From: a bacterium
GTDB taxonomy: Bacteria > Actinomycetota > Acidimicrobiia > Spongiisociales > UBA5794
NCBI GenBank assembly: GCA_024228555.1
Contig: JAAETI010000377.1
Coordinates: 36,379 to 100,378, forward strand
Direction: 5' to 3'
DNA length: 64,000 nucleotides
The translations under genes and the position numbers were made by a program. The first letter of the stretch is position 1. The number at the start of each line of letters is the position of its first letter. The notes beneath the pieces were generated by a model. The model did no database searches, was not told the origin of the DNA, and saw nothing but the letters and a program-made list of their open reading frames with translations. Shown here in pieces: positions 1 through 9,456 of this stretch.

Positions 1-737
1 TGAATCAGCGGCCTTGTTCTCGGATGAGCCGGGAGGATCACCGGGTAGATCTGGGCGACCCCGGCCAGGCCCTCGAGTATCGATCGGAGTACATCGCGAT
101 CGTCGGTGTTCTCGGCGCGGTGGATCGTTGCGAAGAAGAACTCCCCTGAACTGACCCCGTGGTCGGCCAGTGTCTTGGGGACGTCAACGCCTTGCATCGT
201 CCACCGCAGGGAGTCCCGCATCAAGTCGCCGACGATGGCGACACCCTCGGTGATGCCCTCGTTGCGGAGGTTCTCCGCCGCTGCTTCACCAGGGCAATAC
301 AGCAGGTCGGCGAGGTGATCGGTCACAACCCGGTTTAGCTCCTCGGGCATTCCTCGATTCCATGACCGCAGACCAGCCTCGACGTGGGCAACCGGTATGC
401 CGAGCTTCGCTGCAGAGAGCGCGGCAGCCACGGTGGAGTTGGTGTCACCGTGCGTGATCACAACGTCCGGTTGCTCGCCCAGGTAGACGGTGTCCAGCTC
501 TGCGAGCATCGCCCCGGTCTGCACGCCGTGGGAGCCGGAGCCCACTCCGAGGTGGAACTTCGGTTCGGGGAGCTCGAGCTGCGAGAAGAACAACTCGGAC
601 ATCTCATAGTCGTAGTGCTGGCCGGTATGGATGAGGTCTCCCGTGATGCCAGGACGAGCTGAGATCTCCCGAGCGAGCGGAGCCGTCTGCACGAACTCCG
701 GTCGTGCTCCCACGACCGTCAATGTCTTCAGCGACAT
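1..737 (-). CDS. UDP-N-acetylglucosamine 2-epimerase (non-hydrolysing, WecB/WbpI-like). N-terminal ~245 aa are present; the C-terminus runs off the window edge.
   Basis: Reverse-strand translation from ATG at 737 gives MSLKTLTVVGARPEFVQTAPLAREI...HTGQHYDYEMSELFF...GDTNSTVAAALSAAKLGIPVAHVEAGLRS, the characteristic epimerase_2 N-terminal motifs. Not in the ORF track because it has no stop inside the window. Confidence 0.8.
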   Translation of the reverse strand, partial: MSLKTLTVVGARPEFVQTAPLAREISARPGITGDLIHTGQHYDYEMSELFFSQLELPEPKFHLGVGSGSHGVQTGAMLAELDTVYLGEQPDVVITHGDTNSTVAAALSAAKLGIPVAHVEAGLRSWNRGMPEELNRVVTDHLADLLYCPGEAAAENLRNEGITEGVAIVGDLMRDSLRWTMQGVDVPKTLADHGVSSGEFFFATIHRAENTDDRDVLRSILEGLAGVAQIYPVILPAHPRTRPLI

Positions 738-1723
738 ATGGAGTGTGGAGGGTGCGGTGGGCGCGACTCCGGGCCGAGCAACTCCTCCGCCATCTCGAGA
801 ACTCCAACACCGTCGGAAAGCGGCACAACAGGGGCATCGCTGTCACCGAGTATGAAGTCGCGGAACGCCTCCAGCTCGGACACCAGCGGTTCTCGCTTCT
901 GGAACGCATAGGTCGTGCGATTGCCCTCGGTTACGCCCCGGAGTCTGCTGATGTCGTCCCATTCGGTCGGCACATCGCCGTTCTCGTGAAAGGTCAGGTC
1001 TGCCGAAAGGAGGTCTGCGACAAACGCACCCCTGGTTCCGGTGACGGTGACGCGGCGCTCTTTCACCGGACTCACCCAGTTGACGCTCATTGTGGCAACC
1101 ACACCGGATTCCAGCACGCCAACCACCTCGACGAGGTCCTCGTGCGGTCCATCGACCACCGACTGCGAGATCGAGTGCATTGTCTCGAAGGGTCCACATA
1201 GCCAGCGGATCAGGTCGATGTCGTGTGTCGCGAGATCGAAGACCACACCGACGTCGCTGATGCGAACCGGGAATGGTCCGACCCGCCTCGTTGATATCGA
1301 ATAGACCTTGCCCAGATCGCCGTTCTGCAATCTGCGCCGCATCTCCATCAGGGCGGGGTTAAACCGCTCGACGTGTCCGACTACGGCTATGAGCTGGGCG
1401 TTCTCGAAGGCCTTCGCAAGTTTGCGGGCGGCGAGCACGCTGTCGGCTACCGGCTTTTCGATGAGGGTGTGCACCCCGGCGTCAGCCAGCTCCAGCCCCA
1501 CGGCTTCGTGACGATTGGACGGGACGGCAACCGAAGCAGCATCGATCCCGAGTGCGACGAGCTCTTCAACTGTGTCGACCACTGGAATTCCTACCGCAGC
1601 CCGGCGGGGGTCGCCCGCAGGATCGGCTACTGCCACCAGTTCCACGCTGTCCATCTGACGCCAGATACGGGCATGATGGCGTCCCATCGCTCCCACTCCG
1701 ACTACCCCGACTCGCAATGTCAT
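728..1723 (-). CDS. Gfo/Idh/MocA-family NAD-dependent oxidoreductase (WbpB-like UDP-sugar 3-dehydrogenase candidate)
   Basis: Rossmann N-terminus VGVVGVGAMGRHHARIW and the EKP motif; 10-bp overlap with the epimerase start; position inside the sugar-nucleotide operon. Confidence 0.75.
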   Translation of the reverse strand: MTLRVGVVGVGAMGRHHARIWRQMDSVELVAVADPAGDPRRAAVGIPVVDTVEELVALGIDAASVAVPSNRHEAVGLELADAGVHTLIEKPVADSVLAARKLAKAFENAQLIAVVGHVERFNPALMEMRRRLQNGDLGKVYSISTRRVGPFPVRISDVGVVFDLATHDIDLIRWLCGPFETMHSISQSVVDGPHEDLVEVVGVLESGVVATMSVNWVSPVKERRVTVTGTRGAFVADLLSADLTFHENGDVPTEWDDISRLRGVTEGNRTTYAFQKREPLVSELEAFRDFILGDSDAPVVPLSDGVGVLEMAEELLGPESRPPHPPHSICR

Positions 1724-2796
1724 TTCTTTGCCCCCGTTGTGATCGTGTCGATGACGATATCGATTTCCTCTTGCTGTAGATCTGGTCTGATCGGGATGGA
1801 CAGCACGGTCGCTGCCGCCCGATCGGTCTCCTCCAGTTCGCGTCCGGTCGCATACCGCGCAAATGCCTTCTGGCGATGTGTCGGTATCGGGTAGTAGATG
1901 CCGTAGCCCACGCCGACGTCCTCGCAGGTTGCCACGATCGCGTCACGCTGCTCGGAGCGAATCGTGTACTGGTGATAGACGTGATCGGCGTTCTCAACCA
2001 CCGGTGGTGTGTCGACGATGCCGGCAAGGTGTAGGTCGTAGATCTTGGCGATAGCTCGTCGCTGCTCGTTCCAGCCGGCAATCTTGGTTAGCTGGACTCT
2101 GCCGATGGCGGCGCTGATGTCCGTCATGCGTGCGTTGGTGCCGATCAAGTCGTGGTGGTAGCGCCGTAGCATTCCGTGGTTGCGTTGCAACCGGATCGCT
2201 TCGATCAGGTCCGGATTCGTGCTGGTAACCATGCCGCCTTCGCCGGTGGTCATGTTCTTGGTCGGGTAGAAGCTGTAGGTGCTGAAGTCGGACAGGGCAC
2301 CGACGGGGAGACCATCTCGGACTGCCCCATGCGCCTGTGCTGCATCTTCGATGAGGAACAGATCGTGGGAGTGCGCCAGGTCGGCGAGGACGGCCATCGG
2401 TGCCATCTGGCCATAGAGATGAACAGCAATGATGCCCTTGGTCTTGGGGCCAATCAGCTTGGCCGCCTCGTTGGGATTGATGTTGAAGGATGGTGCGTCG
2501 ATGTCGGCGAAGACGGGAACCCCACCGGCAAGAGCAACCGCATTGGCTGTGGCCGCAAACGTAAAACTGGGCACGATGACCTCGTCCCCATGGGCGACGC
2601 CTGCGGCGCGGAGCGCAACTACGAGTGCCATTGTTCCGTTGGCGACGGCCGCTGCATGACCTACGTTGAACGTTGCGGCGAACTCCTTCTCGAAGGCCGC
2701 GACCTCGGAACCTTGGGCCAACATTCCCGAGCGCATGACGCGGGTTACCGCATCGATCTCTTGATCGTCGATGATCGGTGAGGCGAGGTGGATCAT
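1720..2796 (-). CDS. DegT/DnrJ/EryC1/StrS-family PLP aminotransferase (WbpE-like)
   Basis: Internal start MIHLASPIIDDQEIDAVTRVMRSGMLAQG. The ORF-track extension to 3075 is Arg/Cys-rich nonsense and overlaps the upstream gene. 4-bp ATGA overlap with the acetyltransferase stop. Confidence 0.85.
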   Translation of the reverse strand: MIHLASPIIDDQEIDAVTRVMRSGMLAQGSEVAAFEKEFAATFNVGHAAAVANGTMALVVALRAAGVAHGDEVIVPSFTFAATANAVALAGGVPVFADIDAPSFNINPNEAAKLIGPKTKGIIAVHLYGQMAPMAVLADLAHSHDLFLIEDAAQAHGAVRDGLPVGALSDFSTYSFYPTKNMTTGEGGMVTSTNPDLIEAIRLQRNHGMLRRYHHDLIGTNARMTDISAAIGRVQLTKIAGWNEQRRAIAKIYDLHLAGIVDTPPVVENADHVYHQYTIRSEQRDAIVATCEDVGVGYGIYYPIPTHRQKAFARYATGRELEETDRAAATVLSIPIRPDLQQEEIDIVIDTITTGAKK

Positions 2797-3374
2797 GAGG
2801 GCACCTCGACGAGGCCGCTGTCCCTCTTGGAGTACCGGGTGCCATCGCGGCCTATCCAGAGGTCGCCGCTGTTCACAAGACGCTGGCCGGTCTTGTCGAC
2901 CCAGCCGAGAGAGGTGGCCGGAACGCCTGCCACGAGTTCGTGGTCGAGCACATCCCTTGTGACCACAGCACCGGCGGCAACCATTGCCCACCGACCGATG
3001 GCGACTCCGGCAACGATGATGGCGCCGGCACCGATGCTTGCCCCCGACCGGACGGTGACCCCTGCAGCAGTCCAATCCGAGGCCGACTTGGCACTCAGAT
3101 CGGGATTGACCGCACGGGGCGTCCTGTCGTTGGTGAGTATTGCCCCTGGGCCGATAAACACACCGTCTTCGATGGTTGCCGGCGTGAAGACCTGGGCGGC
3201 GTTCTGGATCTTGCAGTTGTTGCCGATGGTGACACCACTATCGATGAAGGCAGCGCCGCCGATCACGCAATTGTCGCCAATAGTCGCTCCGCGCCGAACG
3301 TGGGCGCGGTGCCATACGTACGTCGATTGCCCAATCTGGGCCCCCGATTCAACAAGAGCGTTGTCGGCGATCAA
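2793..3374 (-). CDS. Hexapeptide-repeat (LbH) N-acetyltransferase (WbpD-like)
   Basis: Repeated [LIV]GxxxxI hexapeptides (IGDNCVIGGAAFIDSGVTIGNNCKI...) and a DHELVAGVPA C-terminal region. Confidence 0.8.
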   Translation of the reverse strand: MIADNALVESGAQIGQSTYVWHRAHVRRGATIGDNCVIGGAAFIDSGVTIGNNCKIQNAAQVFTPATIEDGVFIGPGAILTNDRTPRAVNPDLSAKSASDWTAAGVTVRSGASIGAGAIIVAGVAIGRWAMVAAGAVVTRDVLDHELVAGVPATSLGWVDKTGQRLVNSGDLWIGRDGTRYSKRDSGLVEVPS

Positions 3375-3421
3375 AGCGGTCTCTCCATGTGGGTTGACAT
3401 CGGCTTAAACCTGCTGTCTCC

Positions 3422-4945
3422 TTAGCTGCGTCGTGTGCCGCGATAGATCGTTATCCCCGCAAATTCGGCAGCAGGTACGAGTCCGTCACGGTCCTGCAGG
3501 AACTCAAAGAACGTGTCGCCGGGGTCGCCGTGGAACTCTCGGGTGTGGATGAACAGGTACTCCTCTCCTGCTGCAACCGTGACATCGAGGACACGCCGCT
3601 GCTCCGCAAAGGTTGAGTCGGTGGGCTCAATCGTCGGTATCGGGACGATGCGATTCTCGAGCAGATCGTGGTAGGCAAAGCGACCGTCATCCACGTCGGG
3701 CGGAAGGACTGTCGCGACTTCCGGATTGATGTAGTACTCGACCGGCCGCGCCATGTACCAGACCAATGCAACGGTAGGAGTGTCGGGGTTGCTGGAGATG
3801 TATTCGGCAGCGGCTTTGGCGTCCTCGACGCGGTACTCGTCCATGGTGGCCCGGGTGACTATGGCGATCGAAGCGAGCAGCACGAGGGACCCCGCGGCAA
3901 CGTAGCGGGCCGTGCCCTTGGCGTTGAAGTAGCCGATCGCCAACCACATTCCGAGCGGGAGCACGAGCCAAGACAGGTATCTAGCCCGGAAGGCGACTCC
4001 GATTACGGCCGAGAAAACCGAGAGGAGCGTAATCGGCACGAGCAACGGGACGGCGAGCCGGAAGCGCCATTGCTCGCTCATGGCTTTCCAGCCGTGGTAG
4101 CCCAGGTAGCCGGCGGCGAGTCCGATGATGACTATCCAGGGAAGTGCGCCGCGAACAGCCTCGCCGGTCGGCATGGTGTGGAGTGCACTGGCTGAGGGGC
4201 CGAGCGTAAGGCCGGTAAACAGCGAAAGGCCGGCATATCCGATCGCGGGGAGATCCGCGGTTCTCGAGTAATCGTTGGTGACATCCAGCCAGAAATCCTC
4301 GATAGCGACGAAGGCGAGAGGAATGAGAGCAACCGCCATCCACGCATGGGTGACAATCCAGCGTCGCCACGTCGACCTGCGGGCAATGTTCCACAGCAGC
4401 ACGATTTCAGCACTGACGAGGGCTAGGGCGAACATGTAGTGGCTGTACAGGCCAAGGGTGGCAACGATGCCAAAGAAGACCCAGGAGCCAGCCGAGCCGT
4501 CGTCGAGCGCTTCTGAGGTTGCGAGCAGCAGCAGACTGGCGAGCAGGATGAACAACCCATAAGCGCGCCCTTCCTGTGAGAGCAACACCAGCATTGGGCT
4601 GATCGCTACGGCAAACGCGGTTGCGATCCCGACCGAACGGCTGATCTGCTTTCCCATGCGCCACGCCACCCAGATGGTGACGATGCCAAGAGTTGCCGAC
4701 ATGAGGCGGCCCGCCATGTCGCCGACTCCACCGACGAGAAGTCCTCGGAAGATGATGTGGAACAGAGGTGGGAACCCATCGCCGATGCCGACGATATCCC
4801 CGACCGGGAGGTTGACGATGCTCAGTTCCCAGAGTTCGTCCATCGAGTAGCTCTGCGATCCGAGGGTGACAAGGCGGAGGAGCGCACCAAGCCCAATGAT
4901 CAGCACCACGTTGATCGTGGTTCTGGATCGGATTTCGGTAGTCAT
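3422..4945 (-). CDS. GT-C superfamily polytopic membrane glycosyltransferase (PMT_2 / ArnT / GT39-83-like)
   Basis: About 12 predicted TM segments. The first loop carries YSMDELWEL (DExW-like GT-C motif) and there is a C-terminal soluble domain. Start moved to MTTEIRS (ATG at 4945) because the upstream ORF-track extension is low-complexity. Confidence 0.55.
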   Translation of the reverse strand: MTTEIRSRTTINVVLIIGLGALLRLVTLGSQSYSMDELWELSIVNLPVGDIVGIGDGFPPLFHIIFRGLLVGGVGDMAGRLMSATLGIVTIWVAWRMGKQISRSVGIATAFAVAISPMLVLLSQEGRAYGLFILLASLLLLATSEALDDGSAGSWVFFGIVATLGLYSHYMFALALVSAEIVLLWNIARRSTWRRWIVTHAWMAVALIPLAFVAIEDFWLDVTNDYSRTADLPAIGYAGLSLFTGLTLGPSASALHTMPTGEAVRGALPWIVIIGLAAGYLGYHGWKAMSEQWRFRLAVPLLVPITLLSVFSAVIGVAFRARYLSWLVLPLGMWLAIGYFNAKGTARYVAAGSLVLLASIAIVTRATMDEYRVEDAKAAAEYISSNPDTPTVALVWYMARPVEYYINPEVATVLPPDVDDGRFAYHDLLENRIVPIPTIEPTDSTFAEQRRVLDVTVAAGEEYLFIHTREFHGDPGDTFFEFLQDRDGLVPAAEFAGITIYRGTRRS

Positions 4946-5178
4946 CGTCCGCCCCTGCTGCAACCTCGCCCGAAGGTCCAGTTGCTCATCTGCCGATCGT
5001 CTGTCGGCCCGACAATACGCTACATCGCATTCCGTGGCGCTGCAGCCACAATCAGTGTGCGACACTGCTACTGGCCAATCATGGGGCGGTCCCGCCCCGC
5101 TGTGGCCTACTGCTGCGAAACGCTGGATGAGTTGGTTGGCGAAAGCGTGGCCTGCGCAGATCGGTACGATGGCAGCGG

Positions 5179-5598
5179 TTGCGACGAGGAGTCGAAGTGA
5201 CAGAGCCGGCGGCGGTGGTGGCAGCAATCTTGCTTGGTGCCATCGCGTTGTTTCAGTTGGCGGTAGCGGCGGGAGCTCCGTGGGGGGATATGGCGTGGGG
5301 CGGACGGCACGATCGACGACTTCCTATACGACTGCGAGTGGGCAGTGCGGTGGCTGCGGCGGTGTTGGTGATGGCTGCCACAGTCGTGCTGGCCCAAGGT
5401 GGCGTCATCAGTTGGACGCCCGTTCCCGAGGGTGCGTTGCGAACGGTCACCTGGGTACTGGCCGGGTTCATGGTAATAAATACCATCGGCAATCTTGCCT
5501 CGGCAAGCCGCATGGAGAGGCGCGTGTTTGGTCCGGCGACCGCCGTCCTTGCCGTGCTGATTGCGGTTGTTGCGATCTCCGGAGAAGGTCCGGTGTAG
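5179..5598 (+). CDS. Small hypothetical membrane protein (3-4 TM)
   Basis: Hydrophobic segments ILLGAIALFQLAVAAGAP, AAAVLVMAATVVLA, VTWVLAGFMVINTIG and LAVLIAVVAI; divergent from the GT-C gene. Confidence 0.35.
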   Translation: MRRGVEVTEPAAVVAAILLGAIALFQLAVAAGAPWGDMAWGGRHDRRLPIRLRVGSAVAAAVLVMAATVVLAQGGVISWTPVPEGALRTVTWVLAGFMVINTIGNLASASRMERRVFGPATAVLAVLIAVVAISGEGPV

Positions 5599-5716
5599 CG
5601 CAGGATCGCGCATACCGGTCGCGGTTGCCCCGCCGGTGTCATCCCGTAGAGCGCCGACACGGTTTCGTACTCGTCGAAGAACCGGACGGCCCGCAATCGT
5701 TCACCTGCCCGGTCGT

Positions 5717-6574
5717 CTATTGGCCTTTGAAATCGGGCGGCCGCTTCTCGATGAACGACTTGATTGCTTCACCAAGATCGTCTGAGTAGAGGAATGCTGC
5801 GTTCCACAGTGCAACGGTGTCCAGGTCCTCGTGGACTTTGCGTTTGCGCGATGCGTTGAGTACAGCCTTGCTCCCTTGAACGGCAAGCGGCGAGTTGGCC
5901 GCGATCTGGTTGGCCATATCCAGAGCGGCGGTTTGCACCGTGGTGGCGTCGGCGTAGACCCCGGTTACGTATCCCATCTCGAGCGCCTCGGCAGCGTCCC
6001 AGTCACGGCCGGTGTAGACAAGTTCAGCGACGCGACCCGGATCGATGATGTAGGGCAGACGTTGCAGCGTCCCCACATCCGCAACCATGGCGATCTTGGT
6101 CTCCCTGACCGAAAAGGTGGCATCGGTGGCTGCCAGCCTGATGTCGCATGCGGTTGTTAGGTCGACTCCTGCGCCGATGCAGTGCCCGTGTATGGCGGCG
6201 ATTACCGGTTTGGTGTTGTCTGCGATCGAGGTGAAGGTGCGTTGCATCAGCTTGATCTGGTGATAGGTGTTGAGCCGTTTGCCGACCTCGGACGGTGAAG
6301 CTGTGCCGCCGATCGCGGCGATATCACCGGACATGACGGCAGGGCCGAATGCCATCAGATCGAGACCGACGGTGAACGATGCTCCTTTGGCCGCAATCAC
6401 GATGGCGCGCACATCGGGGTCACTCCCAAGTGCGTCCATGATGGCCGGAAGATCGGTCCAGAACTCAGGCGCCATGGCGTTGCGTTTCTGGGGACGATCG
6501 AGCCAGACAATGGCGACATGATCGCGGTTCTCGACCGAGATGACTTCGGACAGGGGATAGTTGCGCTCGCTCAT
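5717..6574 (-). CDS. Enoyl-CoA hydratase/isomerase (crotonase) family protein
   Basis: Crotonase fold signatures IAAIHGHCIGAGVDL and TFSVRETKIAMVADVGTLQRL. Confidence 0.8.
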   Translation of the reverse strand: MSERNYPLSEVISVENRDHVAIVWLDRPQKRNAMAPEFWTDLPAIMDALGSDPDVRAIVIAAKGASFTVGLDLMAFGPAVMSGDIAAIGGTASPSEVGKRLNTYHQIKLMQRTFTSIADNTKPVIAAIHGHCIGAGVDLTTACDIRLAATDATFSVRETKIAMVADVGTLQRLPYIIDPGRVAELVYTGRDWDAAEALEMGYVTGVYADATTVQTAALDMANQIAANSPLAVQGSKAVLNASRKRKVHEDLDTVALWNAAFLYSDDLGEAIKSFIEKRPPDFKGQ

Positions 6575-6578
6575 GCGG

Positions 6579-7151
6579 TCAGCGTAGAGCTTCTGCGGTG
6601 CGCACCGCTTCAGGGGTGTCCAAGCTCATCCACGAACGGCCGTCCTCACCCCAACTTGCCCACGTGGGTTCAGTGACGTAGTTGGTGTCGACATCGTCGA
6701 GGATTCTGCGCAGTTTCATCCGGCCCGCCGCGATAGCCCGTTCGACGGCCGCGTGGGTTTCTCTGCGATAGAGGGCACAAGTGACCTGGGGATGGCCGGA
6801 ATCGATCGGGACCACAGCATCTCCGGCCTGGCTCAGGATTCCGATGATCGTTGTCGATCGGATTTGAGGCTGATCGACGGCGACGAGGAGCACATCGTTA
6901 TCGGGGCGGTGGCGGAATGCGGTCAGCAATCCCACGGCCGGTCCCCCTCCAATGTCTGCGATATCGGCAATCGCGGGGAAACCACCGGGTGCGTGAGCCC
7001 GTCCCACCACCAGTAGGTCGAGACCGGCGGCAGCCAGCGCCGCGGTCACGTGCTCGATCATGGGTTTGCCACCAAACTCGACCAGGGCTTTGTCAGCACC
7101 CATCCGAGTTGCGCGTCCGCCGGCGAGGATCACTCCAGTAGTACTTCTCAC
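6579..7151 (-). CDS. mobA: Molybdenum cofactor guanylyltransferase MobA-like
   Basis: GVILAGGRATRMGADKAL nucleotide-binding motif. GTG start at 7151 chosen so it does not overlap the divergent lipoprotein gene; a 7253 start is the alternative. Confidence 0.6.
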   Translation of the reverse strand: MRSTTGVILAGGRATRMGADKALVEFGGKPMIEHVTAALAAAGLDLLVVGRAHAPGGFPAIADIADIGGGPAVGLLTAFRHRPDNDVLLVAVDQPQIRSTTIIGILSQAGDAVVPIDSGHPQVTCALYRRETHAAVERAIAAGRMKLRRILDDVDTNYVTEPTWASWGEDGRSWMSLDTPEAVRTAEALR

Positions 7152-7253
7152 GTGCCCTAGGGTATCGGTGTCGCCGTCGGCCGGGCGCTGAGTGATCAAG
7201 ATTGCTGTGATCTCTGTCGATAATGGCGGTACATCCACTTGGGGAGTCGACAC

Positions 7254-8061
7254 CGTGAAACGCTATATCCCACTCTTCCTGTTGCTGACACTCGTCCTGT
7301 CGGCATGCACCATCAGGTTCGACATTGGAGTTGAGGTCAACGAGGACGAGTCAGGTACGTTCTCGCTGTTCGTAGGACTCGATGAAGAGCTTCGCCAATT
7401 GGCCGAGCAAAGTGGTGGCGATGACCTAGATATCACCGAGGGCATCGAAGATGTTCCTGAGGGTTGGGATGTCGAGGAAGTGACCGAGGATGGATTCGAG
7501 GGCGTGCGAGTTACCGCCGACTTCGCATCGTTCGAAGAGCTCGATCGTCGCATTGGCGAACTCGAGGAAACCACTAGCGCAGGCGTGAGCACGGAATTCC
7601 TCACCGACTTTGGTCTTACCCGCGAAGGTGACGAGTTTCGTTTCACCGTCAACGTCACCGGGCTCGGCGATGAGCTAGCCGGCACCCTCGGGGAGCAAGG
7701 TGGCGAGGATCTACTGTCTGGTCTTGATACGTCAAGCCTCATCGAAGATCTGTTCCAGATTCGTTTTCGGCTGACATTGCCGGGCGAGATTGGAGCGAAT
7801 AACGCAGACCTGGTTGAAGGCAACACACTCACCTGGAACGTCGGCCTGTCTGACGACGGAGGCGCCTATGAGGCGGTTTCCACCGTCGGCGGCGGGAACT
7901 CGGCGTTGCTTCTCGGTGCCGCCGCCGTAGCGGCAATCGTCGCAATCGGCGTTGGTGCTACTGCGGTCAAGCGCCGCAAGGTGAATGCGGCCACTGCTAC
8001 GGTGGAAGGTGCGCCGATCTCAACGGACGCCCCGCCGGTGGATCCGCTCATCGACGGGTAG
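7254..8061 (+). CDS. Acidic lipoprotein with a C-proximal TM segment and basic patch
   Basis: GGGGAG SD 8 nt before GTG at 7254. Signal peptide with lipobox (LTLVLSAC), a D/E-rich body, then GGGNSALLLGAAAVAAIVAIGVGATAVKRRK. Confidence 0.5.
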
Positions 8062-8106
8062 ACAAGGGGATAATTCGGGGAAGGGCACACCAGCTGCACC
8101 CTTTCT

Positions 8107-8427
8107 CTAACTGTCGGTCGTGGCGCCGAGTTGCTCGTGCATCACGGCGCGGAGTAGATCCACCGCCTGCACGATCTTTGGCGAGGTCAGCGAGTAGTAG
8201 GCCCACTGCCCATCGCGGCGAGAGGTGACTAAGCCCTTGCCGCGGAGCACGGCGAGGTGTTGCGATACGTTTGCCTGGGGTATCTCGAGAGCATCGACCA
8301 GATCGGTCACGGTGACTTCACCATCCCGAAGTGCGTCAATGATCATCAGCCGCTTCGGATCGGCCAGACCCTTGCAGACGTGTGCATGGAGGCGAATCAT
8401 CTCGCTCTTGACAGAACTCATGACCAC
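8107..8427 (-). CDS. ArsR/SmtB-family transcriptional regulator
   Basis: Winged-HTH region LADPKRLMIIDALRDGEVTVTDLVDALEIPQANVSQHLAVLRGKGLV. Confidence 0.8.
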   Translation of the reverse strand: MVMSSVKSEMIRLHAHVCKGLADPKRLMIIDALRDGEVTVTDLVDALEIPQANVSQHLAVLRGKGLVTSRRDGQWAYYSLTSPKIVQAVDLLRAVMHEQLGATTDS

Positions 8428-8610
8428 ATATTCCCGTGAGACGTCAGGCAGCGCAAATTGCGCTCTTCTGTAGGCACGTGCTCAGCAATTGGGCCACAGA
8501 AGCCTCGCCCTTCACGGTTGGTGGCTGGGTCGAATGGGCCTCATCGTCAAGGTCTGCCTAAGCTCGGCATATCGGTCGGCTGGGCTCGACCGTTCAGAAG
8601 GAGGAGAGGG

Positions 8611-9378
8611 ATGAAGAGATTCAATTACTTGTTTGCCGCGTTGGTCGCTTTCGCCTTGATTGCCACAGCATGTGGCGGCGACGATGACACCAGCGAACTG
8701 GGGCTCGTCAGTGCCGACACTTTGACGGTTTGTTCGGAGATTCCGTATGAGCCTTTCGAGTTTGAGGCCGATGGTGAATACACCGGGTTTGATATCGATG
8801 TCATCAACGCCATCGCTGATGAGCTTGGTCTCGAGCCGAACGTTGTCAGCACCGGTTTCACGGCGATTACCAGCGGTAGCGCTATGGCTGCGAACCAGTG
8901 CGATATTGCGGCATCGGCGATCACGATCACCGCGGACCGGGAAGAGGCCATCGACTTCGCCGACCCGTATTTCGATGCCGATCAGTCATTGCTGGTCAAG
9001 ACCGACTCGGGCTATGCATCGCTGGACGACCTTGTCGGGAAGAACCTTGGAGTCCAATCCGGCACAACGGGCGAGGAATACGCAACTGCGAACAACCCAG
9101 GCGCCGAGATTGTGTCCTATGAGAACGGTGGAGACCTCTTCCTCGCTCTTGAAGCCGGCGCCATCGACGGCATCCTGCAGGACCTGCCGGTGAACGGTTA
9201 CCGCACTATTGCGGACTCGAGTGTCGCCGTTGTTGCCACCTATCCAACGGGTGAGCAGTACGGTTTTGCCGTGGCTGAAGAAGGCAAAGAGGCGTTGCTC
9301 GAAGCAGTCAACGATGCCCTCGCGACGCTGCGTGACAATGGTAAGTACGACGAGATCCACGAGAAGTGGTTCGGCTAA
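8611..9378 (+). CDS. Polar amino-acid ABC transporter substrate-binding lipoprotein
   Basis: GAAGGAGGAG SD before ATG at 8611. Lipobox LIATACGG. PBP type-2 family-3 motifs (GFDIDV..., LQDLPVNGY). Confidence 0.8.
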   Translation: MKRFNYLFAALVAFALIATACGGDDDTSELGLVSADTLTVCSEIPYEPFEFEADGEYTGFDIDVINAIADELGLEPNVVSTGFTAITSGSAMAANQCDIAASAITITADREEAIDFADPYFDADQSLLVKTDSGYASLDDLVGKNLGVQSGTTGEEYATANNPGAEIVSYENGGDLFLALEAGAIDGILQDLPVNGYRTIADSSVAVVATYPTGEQYGFAVAEEGKEALLEAVNDALATLRDNGKYDEIHEKWFG

Positions 9379-9456
9379 GCCACAATTGCGAACGAGCAAA
9401 GCATTGTCTGAGGGAGACCCACTAGGGTCTCCCTCAGCTGCGATTGGTGGATTGAT

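Noticed and set aside
1994-2845. Numerous long antisense or alternative-frame ORFs (e.g. 1994-2845, 19255-19788, 54665-55606, 62514-63131)
   Set aside because: They are embedded in well-supported genes on the other strand or frame, with Arg/Pro/Ser/Gly-rich composition typical of spurious ORFs in high-GC DNA.
1720-3075. ORF-track 451-aa version of the aminotransferase, with a 93-aa Arg/Cys/His-rich N-terminal extension
   Set aside because: The extension is low-complexity typical of out-of-context high-GC reading and overlaps the upstream acetyltransferase gene. Conserved DegT N-terminus starts at the internal Met (2796) with an ATGA overlap.
3422-5227. 601-aa version of the GT-C gene starting at 5227
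   Set aside because: The first 94 aa are non-membrane, Ala/Arg-rich and overlap the divergent promoter region; the internal ATG at 4945 begins exactly at the first TM segment.
6579-7253. Longer MobA start at 7253
   Set aside because: It would overlap the divergently transcribed lipoprotein start and SD; the conserved MobA N-terminus begins near GTG 7151. Not fully excluded.
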